From contig PFUL01000024.1 in NCBI GenBank assembly GCA_002790095.1, positions 45 to 64,044 on the forward strand: a stretch of DNA of 64,000 bases. Reading direction: 5' to 3'. How positions within the stretch are numbered: position 1 is the first letter of the stretch; the number at the start of each line of letters is the position of its first letter. Shown in pieces: positions 48,523 to 56,845 of this stretch. The notes below the pieces were generated by a model. It had not been told where the DNA came from. It ran no database searches and saw only the letters and a list, made by a program, of their open reading frames with translations. This DNA comes from Elusimicrobia bacterium CG_4_9_14_3_um_filter_62_55. GTDB lineage: Bacteria > Elusimicrobiota > Elusimicrobia > UBA1565. A program made the position numbers and the translations under genes.

Positions 48523-49328
48523 CCCCGCGCTCCGAACGTCCTCATAATGGCGCTCGAGCAATCGCTGCGCTTCTCATCGGTCTCGAAGCATTTCGTGAAC
48601 GCTTCGCGCGCGCCCGACATATCCCCGTCCTTCATCAGCCGCTGACCTTCGACCCAGGACCGGTGCGCGGCCCACTGCGACTCGCTCATATCGACGGGCT
48701 TTTGCGTCTCGAGCTTGGGGGTCACGACCGGTTCGGGAAGCGGGGGCTTCGCAGGCGGAGGCGGGGGGGGAGGCGGCTCGGGAGGAGGCGCCGCCGCCGC
48801 GCCCCAAAACGCGGACGCCCGTCCGGCCTCCAACGGGCCCTCTTGTCCGTCGGGCAATTCCGCCAGAAAGTCGAGACCCGTCGCCGCCTCGATGGCGTCG
48901 ATCGTCGTGATGTGCGCAGCGGCAATCATCGGCGCGCTTGCGGAAGCCATCACCGCGATAGCATCAAGAGACCCGTTGGGAGCGACGGAGATCGCGAACG
49001 CCCACACGGTTTCGGGTTCGGCCGCGCCGCCTTTCCATCGGATCGTCGTCGAACCCCGCGAGCGGTCGAACGCGGGACCCTCGTAGACCTGCAGCGCGCC
49101 TTTCGCGTCGACCCAGGCGGCCACCGCGCGTCCGAGCGCGGTTCCCGACGCGGCGTAAACCCCCGGGAGCGTCCCTTCGGAGGCGCGATAGCCGACCCAG
49201 CGCGCAATCCCAAGCCAGGAGTCCGGGCAAGAGACGACCGCGCCCGCGTCGATCTTGTCCGCGCACGACGGAAAGGCCCCAACCGAAGCGGGCAGCAGCA
49301 GGAAAATCAGCGCGCCGACGCGCACCAT
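48519..49328 (-). CDS. Secreted protein with a degenerate DNA/RNA non-specific endonuclease-like fold, Pro-rich linker and TPR-like tail
   Basis: Signal peptide; ARWVGY, VYEGPAF and TIDAIEAATGLDFLAELPD; no DRGH. Confidence 0.6.
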   Translation of the reverse strand: MVRVGALIFLLLPASVGAFPSCADKIDAGAVVSCPDSWLGIARWVGYRASEGTLPGVYAASGTALGRAVAAWVDAKGALQVYEGPAFDRSRGSTTIRWKGGAAEPETVWAFAISVAPNGSLDAIAVMASASAPMIAAAHITTIDAIEAATGLDFLAELPDGQEGPLEAGRASAFWGAAAAPPPEPPPPPPPPAKPPLPEPVVTPKLETQKPVDMSESQWAAHRSWVEGQRLMKDGDMSGAREAFTKCFETDEKRSDCSSAIMRTFGARG

Positions 49329-49606
49329 CTCAGACTCCCCGCGCAGCCCTTCGACCACACGCGCTGTCCCTTCGGGCACCGGTCCGCTTCCGGCGGCAGG
49401 GGCTCATAGCCGAGACGTTCCATCCGCCGCACGGATTCTATGCAGCAATTCATTTCCTCGGCGTTTTTCGTCGCAGAACACTCGTTTTCGATCAACTCCC
49501 GGTAAAACGTCTCCGGGTGAGCCCCCGGAGGGGATCCCGATGCCGGCGCGTGCGCCCGACAGGAGCAAACGAACACCGCGGCCAAAACGAGAAAAGACGC
49601 TCTCAT
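49307..49606 (-). CDS. Small Cys-rich lipoprotein
   Basis: Signal/lipobox VCSC; six further Cys (C..CC...C...C...WC); ATG 7 nt after TATTCT. Confidence 0.65.
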   Translation of the reverse strand: MRASFLVLAAVFVCSCRAHAPASGSPPGAHPETFYRELIENECSATKNAEEMNCCIESVRRMERLGYEPLPPEADRCPKGQRVWSKGCAGSLRWCASAR

Positions 49607-49663
49607 CGCCGTTAGAATAACCCGAATAGCGGGTTTCGGCCAGCCCTGTTATACTGGGTGCGC

Positions 49664-49753
49664 ATGAGCCTCCCGATTCTCTTCATCCCCGGACTTTATT
49701 TGGACGACCCGGAAGCCTTCCGGGCCGCCGTGAAAGGCTTCTTTTCCCTGTAA
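49664..49753 (+). pseudogene. 29-aa mini-ORF resembling the joined ends of an alpha/beta hydrolase
   Basis: MSLPILFIPGL + YLDDPEAFRAAVKGFFSL*; preceded by extended -10 TGTTATACT. Confidence 0.45.
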
Positions 49754-49799
49754 CACAAAATTATTCCAGCCGTAACAGCCCCCGGCTACACTCACGGCT

Positions 49800-51908
49800 A
49801 TGGGGAAGTTGATCCGCGCGGCGCTGCGCATCGGTGGAGCGACCGTTCTCGTATGCGCCCTCGTCGCCGTTTCCGATCAGATTCTCGCTCCGGCCCAGCC
49901 GAGTTCCGAATCCGCCGCGAACGACCTGCTCGCCGGGCATTCGTTTTATTACGCGGGACAGCCGAGACGCGCGCTGGAAGCCTACCGCAGCGCGATCGCG
50001 CGCGATCCCAAGCGCCTCTCCGCCTGGCTCAACGGAGCCGTGGTCTGGGCGGAACTCGGCGAACTCGCCGAAGCTTCCGCATGGTACCGGAACGCTCTGG
50101 CGCTGAATCCCGAATCCGCCCGGATCGCGACCGCTCTCGCGGAAGTCGAACTCCACCGCGGACAGTTCGACGCGGCGGAAAAGGCCGTCGACCACGCGCT
50201 CGATCTCGACCCGAAGTCCGCTTACGCCTGGATCGCGCGGGGCGGCATCCGGCTGGCATCGGGACGCGTCTCGGACGCCGTCGAACCCCTCACCACGGCG
50301 GCAATGCTGCAGCCGTCGATGACTCTCGCGCACTACCTCCGCGGACGCGCCCTCGAGCTCTCCGGGAACGCCCAAGACGCGGGTGACGCGTTCGCCGCGG
50401 CCTCCGTGCGGGATTCCTACTTTACCAGCGCGCGATTGGGACTCGCGGAATCCTTGATGCGCCAGCGGCGGTACGAGGAAGCCCGCGAACAGGTCGGGAA
50501 GCTCAAGTCCGCCGCGCCCGTCAACGGCACGATTTTGAAACTCGCCCGCGCGCTGGAAAGGAACATGCGCCGGGACCGGGGCGTGCGCCCGGCGCGCCAA
50601 TCGCCAAAACCCCCGCGCGCCCCCGACGGCCCGCGAGAGGGCGTTTCGGCCCCTAATGCCGCCGTCCCGATCCTTCGCGTCGGGATCGGCACCTCGGGAA
50701 TGGGAAAGCCGATTCCCTGGTCCGCGGTTCGCTTCTCCGCCGGATCGACCGTCGAAATCCGCGATTCGGCCGGAAAGATGCTCGCGACGGCGCGGCGCAC
50801 GGAAAACTGGGAACTCCGGATCGCGAAGGGGAAATACGGGCGCTACCTGGAATTGCTCGATGACAAGGGCTTCGCGCTCGCGCGCTCGCGCCTTCCGATT
50901 CTCTTGTCCTCGCGAGAGCGCGACTGGATCTGGATCCGCGAGCCCGGAAGCGTTCACGGGCTTAGCCGGCGCCTGCGCGGAATGATCGAGGTCTCCGTTC
51001 TCGGAAACGGTCTCGGCGTCGTCAACGCGGTCGATTTGGAAAGCTACACGCACGGAGTGCTGACTGCGGAAATGCCGATCAATTCTCCGAAAGAAGCCCT
51101 GAAGGCTCAGGCCGTGATCGCTCGGACGCATGCCCTGTTCATCACCAACGTCCAGAAGAAGCACCGGCCCCAGGGCTACCACCTCTGCGACGGCCAGCAT
51201 TGTCAGGTGTACCGCGGCGTCCAGGCGGAAACGAACCGATCCCGCCGCGTTGTGAACGAAACCCGCGGCAGAGTCGTCTCTTACCAAGGCAGGGTCGCCA
51301 ACGTTCTCTACTCCTCCAATTGCGGCGGACATACGCAAAGCTCCGGGGAAATCAGGGGTTGGGGGGAGGTCCCGTATTTTCGCGGAACCACGGATGGAGG
51401 GGAAAATCAGGAAATCCCTTATTCCCCCTGGCAGCTGCGGCAGTTTCTCCGGGAACCCGCCCAAGGGTACTGCGCCGCATCCGGATTCGTCCATAACGGC
51501 CACTCGCGCTGGAGTCGCGTCGTCTCGGCCTCGGAACTCGAAGCCCGGCTCGATCGGCATCTCGGCATCGGCAAACTGAAGGGAGTCGTCTCTCTCAAGC
51601 GCTCGCGCTCCGGTCATCTCAACTCCATTCTCGTCATAGGATCGAAGCGAAGCCGGATCGTGGACTCCGAAATTCGGATTCGGAGTCTCTTCGGAATCGG
51701 ATCCCAGCGCAGCGCGCTCTTTGTCTTCGACACGGTCCGTCAACCGGACGGCACGCCCCGGGAATTCATTTTCTACGGGGGAGGATGGGGACACGGGGTC
51801 GGTCTCTGCCAGTCCGGGGCGATGGGACGGGCGGAACGCGGGCACTCCTACGCCGAAATCCTCCAGGCGTACTACAGCGGCATCGAGATCGGAAATTTGA
51901 GATACTGA
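49800..51908 (+). CDS. TPR-repeat plus SpoIID/LytB-domain lytic transglycosylase
   Basis: N-terminal TPRs; VNAVDLESY..GV..AEM, EALKAQAVIART, CQVY, SSNCGGHT and GWGHGVGLCQSGA. Confidence 0.92.
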   Translation: MGKLIRAALRIGGATVLVCALVAVSDQILAPAQPSSESAANDLLAGHSFYYAGQPRRALEAYRSAIARDPKRLSAWLNGAVVWAELGELAEASAWYRNALALNPESARIATALAEVELHRGQFDAAEKAVDHALDLDPKSAYAWIARGGIRLASGRVSDAVEPLTTAAMLQPSMTLAHYLRGRALELSGNAQDAGDAFAAASVRDSYFTSARLGLAESLMRQRRYEEAREQVGKLKSAAPVNGTILKLARALERNMRRDRGVRPARQSPKPPRAPDGPREGVSAPNAAVPILRVGIGTSGMGKPIPWSAVRFSAGSTVEIRDSAGKMLATARRTENWELRIAKGKYGRYLELLDDKGFALARSRLPILLSSRERDWIWIREPGSVHGLSRRLRGMIEVSVLGNGLGVVNAVDLESYTHGVLTAEMPINSPKEALKAQAVIARTHALFITNVQKKHRPQGYHLCDGQHCQVYRGVQAETNRSRRVVNETRGRVVSYQGRVANVLYSSNCGGHTQSSGEIRGWGEVPYFRGTTDGGENQEIPYSPWQLRQFLREPAQGYCAASGFVHNGHSRWSRVVSASELEARLDRHLGIGKLKGVVSLKRSRSGHLNSILVIGSKRSRIVDSEIRIRSLFGIGSQRSALFVFDTVRQPDGTPREFIFYGGGWGHGVGLCQSGAMGRAERGHSYAEILQAYYSGIEIGNLRY

Positions 51909-51911
51909 CCT

Positions 51912-52553
51912 ATGCGAAGAATCGTCTCTTTAGTCGCCTGCCTCAGCATCCTCGCGGGATGCCGCGGAACGCGTCCCGCCTACTATGGAAAGGCCCAACT
52001 CGGCTTCGGCGCCATTTTGGTCGGAGCACGGATCATCACTCCCAACGGCGAATCCAATGTAGGATTGATGGAAATGAATTTCGAATCGGACAACGAACGC
52101 TATCGCATCCGCTTCATGCCGGAGGAGACGTCCTTGCTCCGCATCGAGCCGGACGTCTACAGACTCTATCCGACGCGAACCCCTTTCGGAAGGGTCGAAG
52201 CCCGAATGCGCGTCCGAATCGACGGGCGAACCTACCGGGTTCCCTTTCCGCGCTCGGTCCTGCGCCTGCGTCCGTTCGAAGTCCCTCCGACCAAGCTGCT
52301 CCCGGTCGGAATTCTTGAGGCCCGACTGCTTCCGATTGAGCGGGGAAAGCGGCCGATCATTCAGGTCCGCCTCGACGACAGCGTTTCCGCCCGCCGAAAA
52401 CTTCTCGAATCCGTGATCGACAAGCAGATGAATCCGAAAACGGAGCCGAACATCCGCGACTCGACGATCACCTGGACCCGAGCCTTGGAACAGGCGCTGA
52501 TCCGCCTGCAGGGTGAGGAAGAAGAGAAACGGCGTTATAAACCCGGACGATGA
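51912..52553 (+). CDS. Hypothetical lipoprotein
   Basis: Lipobox ILAGC; in operon. Confidence 0.75.
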   Translation: MRRIVSLVACLSILAGCRGTRPAYYGKAQLGFGAILVGARIITPNGESNVGLMEMNFESDNERYRIRFMPEETSLLRIEPDVYRLYPTRTPFGRVEARMRVRIDGRTYRVPFPRSVLRLRPFEVPPTKLLPVGILEARLLPIERGKRPIIQVRLDDSVSARRKLLESVIDKQMNPKTEPNIRDSTITWTRALEQALIRLQGEEEEKRRYKPGR

Positions 52554-53293
52554 GAATTTTAGGTGTCGATCTCGGCGGCAGCCGTCTCCGGGCCATACTG
52601 CGCGACGGCGCAAAACGGCCGCGAGCGTTCGCCCGCGCTCGACCCGACCCGCGAACGCTTCCGGGAGCGCTGCGCAAACTCTCAGGGTCCCGGCGGCTCG
52701 ACGGCCTGGTCGTCGGGGCTCGCGGCGTCTGGACCGAATCGGAAAGAGGGGCCCTCGCGCGTCGGTTGTCTCCGCTCGCGCGCCGCGTGCTGGTCCTATC
52801 CGACGTGGAACTCGCCTGGCTCGCGTCGCTTGGGGGCCGGCCGGGAGTCGTCATCATCGCCGGCACGGGCTCGATCGCCTACGGAAAAAACGCCGCCGGG
52901 AAAGCGGCCCGCGCGGGGGGACTGGGCCCCCTGCTCGGCGACGAAGGATCCGCTTTTTGGATCGGCCGGGAATGGCTGCGTTCGCGTCCGGACGCCGACG
53001 GACGCCGCCTCGCCGCCCGTCCGGACGCGGTTCGCGCGATCGCCGCCCTCGCCCCGGCGGCGCTCCGCGCCCGCCCCAAGCTCGCCTCGGCGGCCGCGGG
53101 GCATTTGGCGGCCCTTGCCGAGCGATGCGCCTTAAGCCTGCGCCTTTCCAGGCGTGTTCTTATCTGCTGCCACGGCGGCCTATTCGCGCACCGCGGGCTG
53201 AAGCGCCGGTTCCTGAGCGCTTTAGGTCCCCGGTTCGAGCCCCGAACGCCGCTCGAGACGTCAGAGGAGTGCGCCTCCAAATTGCTACCATGA
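52550..53293 (+). CDS. BadF/BadG/BcrA/BcrD-family sugar kinase (GlcNAc/MurNAc kinase-like)
   Basis: LGVDLGGS, IAGTGS and RAGGLGPLLGDEGSAFWIG. Confidence 0.85.
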   Translation: MRILGVDLGGSRLRAILRDGAKRPRAFARARPDPRTLPGALRKLSGSRRLDGLVVGARGVWTESERGALARRLSPLARRVLVLSDVELAWLASLGGRPGVVIIAGTGSIAYGKNAAGKAARAGGLGPLLGDEGSAFWIGREWLRSRPDADGRRLAARPDAVRAIAALAPAALRARPKLASAAAGHLAALAERCALSLRLSRRVLICCHGGLFAHRGLKRRFLSALGPRFEPRTPLETSEECASKLLP

Positions 53294-53300
53294 GTCCGAA

Positions 53301-53750
53301 ATGAAAATTGCCCTCGGAGCCGATCACGCCGGTTTTCCTCTTAAGGAAGTCCTCTCCCGCCGCTTGGCGGAAGCGGGACACGAAGTACTCGATCAAGGGA
53401 CCGATTCGACGGCTGCCGTCGATTATCCGGATTTCGCGGCGAAGGTCGCCAGGGCGGTCGTTTCCAAAACGGCCGAACGCGGGATCGTCGTCTGCGGAAG
53501 CGGGGTCGGAGCGACCGTCGCCGCGAACAAAATTCCCGGGGCCCGCGCCGGTCTCTGTCACGACACTTTTTCGGCGCATCAAGGAGTCGAGGACGACGAC
53601 GTCAATGTTCTCTGTCTCGGCGCCCGCGTGATCGGAGAGAACCTCGCCTTTGAGATCGTCGATGTCTGGCTCGCGGCGCGTTTTTCAAACGCGGAGCGGC
53701 ATCTCCGGCGCCGCGATAAGGTCATCGCTTTGGAGAAAGGCCATTTCTAA
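53301..53750 (+). CDS. rpiB: Ribose-5-phosphate isomerase B
   Basis: GADHAG, DYPDFA, CGSGVG, ANK, NVLCLGAR and RH.RR. Confidence 0.95.
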   Translation: MKIALGADHAGFPLKEVLSRRLAEAGHEVLDQGTDSTAAVDYPDFAAKVARAVVSKTAERGIVVCGSGVGATVAANKIPGARAGLCHDTFSAHQGVEDDDVNVLCLGARVIGENLAFEIVDVWLAARFSNAERHLRRRDKVIALEKGHF

Positions 53751-54288
53751 GCGCGCCCCTCTCACCGCCCGTCTCAAGCGCATTCGCCTCGTCCTGATGG
53801 ACGTGGACGGCGTGCTTACCGACGGCAAGCTCTATCATTGCTTCGACGGACGGGATCGCTTCATCGAACTCAAGGGCGTGGACACGCAAGACGGAATCGC
53901 GCTCGCGTGGGCGGTGAAGGCCGGAATCGAGACCGGCATTATCAGCGGGCGCCGCTCCCGCGGAATCGGCGCCCGCGCCAAGATTCTGAGCATGAAGCAC
54001 ATCGTTCAAGGCACCGTCGAAAAAATCCCGGCCTTCGAGCGCATTCTCAAGAAGACGGGACTGACGGCCGATCAGACCGCGTTTATCGGGGACGATTTGA
54101 CCGACGCGCCGGTGATGCTGCGGGCGGGTTGGGCGGTCGCCCCGGCGAACGCGCGTCCGGAGGTTAAGCGCATCGCCGACACCGTGACGAAAGCCCGCGG
54201 CGGCAGCGGCGCCGTTCGGGAAGCGCTCGAATCTTTGCTGCGCGCCCAAAGTCATTGGAATCCGATCCTGAAGAGGTACGGGCTATGA
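53743..54288 (+). CDS. KdsC-like HAD phosphatase (KDO-8-phosphate phosphatase family); start uncertain
   Basis: MDVDGVLTDG, DG, IISGR, IGDDLTD and GGSGAVRE; candidate ATT start 7 nt after GGAG. Confidence 0.88.
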   Translation: MSKRAPLTARLKRIRLVLMDVDGVLTDGKLYHCFDGRDRFIELKGVDTQDGIALAWAVKAGIETGIISGRRSRGIGARAKILSMKHIVQGTVEKIPAFERILKKTGLTADQTAFIGDDLTDAPVMLRAGWAVAPANARPEVKRIADTVTKARGGSGAVREALESLLRAQSHWNPILKRYGL

Positions 54289-54998
54289 TCCGGCGGCGGT
54301 TTTGGGGCGTCTTGGCCGCCCTCTTGCTCGCCGGTTGCGGAGGGGTCTCCTTTCAGCTCGGCGACCCGGCCGTTCCCGAAACTCCGAAAGCCCCCGCGAA
54401 GACGGCGCGTCCGAAACCCGCGGCTGCGCCTCCGGAACTCGAAAACAAGGAAGCCGCGGCGATTCAGGACGCGCTTCGGTTCGTCGAAGACCAAAGACAC
54501 AGCTACCGGGTCGGCGCGGCGGATCTGCTGCAGATCACCGTGTACCAGGAACCCGAACTCGCGCGGAAAGTCCGGGTAAGCCCGGAGGGGATCATCACCT
54601 TCCCGCTGATCGGCCGCGTCTCGGTCGCCGGCCTCAGCGTCGCCGGAGCGGAAGAGGCGATCACCCGACAGCTTTCCCGGTTCGTCATCAACCCGCAAGT
54701 CTCGGTCTTCATCGAGGACTACGGGAATAAAACCATCTACGTCCTCGGCGAAGTCAAGAAACCGGGATCCTACCCGATCCCGACCGAGGCTCCGCTGAGC
54801 GTGCTCGAAGCGATCACGCTCGCCGGCGGATTCACCGAGTACGCCGCCGTCGACCGGACCCGGATCATTCGCAAGGGGAAGAAGGGGAAACGGACGATCG
54901 ACGTGGAAATTACCGCCATCACGAAAAAGGGCGACAAGAGCAAGGACCTCCCTCTGCAGCCCAACGACGTCGTCTTCATCCCGGAGAGCTTCTTTTGA
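54285..54998 (+). CDS. Polysaccharide export lipoprotein (Wza/OPX-like; PES + SLBB domains)
   Basis: Lipobox LLAGC; YRVGAADLL, GIITFPLIG, VLGEVKKPG, AITLAGG and LQPNDVVFIPES. Confidence 0.9.
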   Translation: MIRRRFWGVLAALLLAGCGGVSFQLGDPAVPETPKAPAKTARPKPAAAPPELENKEAAAIQDALRFVEDQRHSYRVGAADLLQITVYQEPELARKVRVSPEGIITFPLIGRVSVAGLSVAGAEEAITRQLSRFVINPQVSVFIEDYGNKTIYVLGEVKKPGSYPIPTEAPLSVLEAITLAGGFTEYAAVDRTRIIRKGKKGKRTIDVEITAITKKGDKSKDLPLQPNDVVFIPESFF

Positions 54999-56758
54999 CG
55001 ACTGAAACCGACGAACGCCGCGACGGCGACGAAGCGGAGATAGACCTCGGGCATTACCTCCTGGTGCTCTCCCGGCGGCGGTGGATCGTCGTCGCCGCGC
55101 TCGTCGTCTGCGTGCTGTCCGCCGCGCTGTATGCCTTCACGGCCCGGCCCGTCTTCCGAGCGGAGGCGTTGATCCTGATCGAAAAGGAACGCCGGGATCC
55201 GAATTACAACGAAGGGATGATGGTCGAAACATCGGCCGACGACTACTACCAGACGCAGTACCGGCTGCTCAAAAGTAAAAGCCTGTTGAAGAAAGTCTAC
55301 GAGTCGCTCGAACTGGCCAAGAGTGCGGAATTCTCCGGCGGCGTGGACGCTCTCGACGCCGCGGTGACCGTCTCCCCGGTCCGGCGCAGCCGCCTCGTGC
55401 ACGTTTCGGCGGACTCCTTCGATCGAGCGTTGGCGGCGAAGGTCGCCAATGCCGTTTCCGATGCCTACGTCGAGCAAAACGTCGAGAGCAAACTGTTCAT
55501 TTCCAAAGAGATTCTACGCGCTCTCTTCAAATCGGAAGCCGCCGCCGAGGCCTCCGCCGAAGGCCCGGCGCTCACCTACGACTCGCTGCCCGCCGTGGTC
55601 AACAGCCCGCTTATCCAAAATCTTAAAACCGAAATGGCGAGCCTGGAAACGAAGGAGGGGGATCTCTCCCGCCGATATACGCTCGAACATCCCGAACGTG
55701 CGCGCCTGCGGTCTCAAATGGCGGCCCTGCGCTCGCGCATCGACGGAGAGACGCGCAAGATCGTCGCCGGAATGAAGGCCGAGTTGTCGGGGCGACTGCT
55801 TGGAAACAACGTTCGCGTCATCGACCCGGCCGAAATCCCCGAATCCCCGTTTAAACCGCGCAAGAAGCGAACCCTCGTCGTCGCCGCCCTTCTCGGCCTG
55901 ATGCTGGGCTCTTTGCTCGCGCTCGGCGTCGACATGCTTGACCAGACCCTTCACACCCAGGAAGACGTGGAGCGAAAGCTCAAGATTCCGTTTCTCGGCT
56001 CCGTCCCGAAAGTCGTTTTCGACGAGGACACCGCCGTCTCCTACGACAAGATGATCAGCGGGCCGAAATCCTTCAGCGGAGAGGCGCTTAAAAACATCCG
56101 CACGATGCTCGGATTCGCGGCGGCCGGGAAGGAAATGAAGACTTTGCTCATCACCAGCACCGGCCAGGGAGAGGGGAAAACGTTCATCGCGATCAGTCTC
56201 GCGATGGTCTTCGCGCAGCTGAAGGAACGGGTTCTGCTCATCGAGGGGGATCTCCGGCGTCCCAATCTGCATAAACGATTCTCCCTATCCCGCGAAAAAG
56301 GCCTCAGCCACTACCTCGCCCACGGGAAGGATCCTGAAGAGGCGAAATCCCTGATTCAGGAAAGCGGGATCCCCCATCTGGACGTGCTCGTTTCCGGACA
56401 CATTCCTCCGAATCCCTCGGAATTGCTGAGCACGCCCAGGATGCCCGCGTTGCTCGCCTGGGCCCGCAAGCACTACGACCGGGTCATCATCGACGGAACC
56501 CCGATTTTCCCGATCACGGACGCCCTGCTTTGGAGCGACCGGATCGACGCGGCCGCCTTCGTCGTCAAATTCGGGGCCACCAACGCCCAACTCGCGTCGC
56601 GCGCGCTTCAGAAACTTCGCGACAGCCGGGTCCGCATCGCCGGTTCGATCGTCAACCAGGTGACCGCGAAGGCCAATTCCTACGGGGATTACTACTACTA
56701 CTATTACTACTACTCGGATTACATCAAGAATCCGGACCAAAACCCCGAAACGCCCTGA
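54995..56758 (+). CDS. Polysaccharide co-polymerase/tyrosine autokinase (Wzc-like)
   Basis: Two TM helices; ITSTGQGEGKT, LLIEGDLRRP, PPNPSELL, IIDGTP and a C-terminal Tyr cluster. Confidence 0.92.
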   Translation: MTTETDERRDGDEAEIDLGHYLLVLSRRRWIVVAALVVCVLSAALYAFTARPVFRAEALILIEKERRDPNYNEGMMVETSADDYYQTQYRLLKSKSLLKKVYESLELAKSAEFSGGVDALDAAVTVSPVRRSRLVHVSADSFDRALAAKVANAVSDAYVEQNVESKLFISKEILRALFKSEAAAEASAEGPALTYDSLPAVVNSPLIQNLKTEMASLETKEGDLSRRYTLEHPERARLRSQMAALRSRIDGETRKIVAGMKAELSGRLLGNNVRVIDPAEIPESPFKPRKKRTLVVAALLGLMLGSLLALGVDMLDQTLHTQEDVERKLKIPFLGSVPKVVFDEDTAVSYDKMISGPKSFSGEALKNIRTMLGFAAAGKEMKTLLITSTGQGEGKTFIAISLAMVFAQLKERVLLIEGDLRRPNLHKRFSLSREKGLSHYLAHGKDPEEAKSLIQESGIPHLDVLVSGHIPPNPSELLSTPRMPALLAWARKHYDRVIIDGTPIFPITDALLWSDRIDAAAFVVKFGATNAQLASRALQKLRDSRVRIAGSIVNQVTAKANSYGDYYYYYYYYSDYIKNPDQNPETP

Positions 56759-56800
56759 TCACCGATTCCCTATTAGGGAAATCCTGTAACAATTTTGGCG

Positions 56801-56829
56801 TTGCGCCCGGAGAGGGCTCCTGCTACCCT
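56801..56829 (+). promoter_or_regulatory. Probable promoter TTGCGC-17-(TG)TACCCT
   Basis: Canonical spacing, upstream of ATG 56846. Confidence 0.5.
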
Positions 56830-56845
56830 TGGGATCGGTACCCCT

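Noticed and set aside
49761-51845. 694-aa minus-strand ORF
   Set aside because: Lies entirely opposite the TPR-SpoIID gene and has no recognisable motifs
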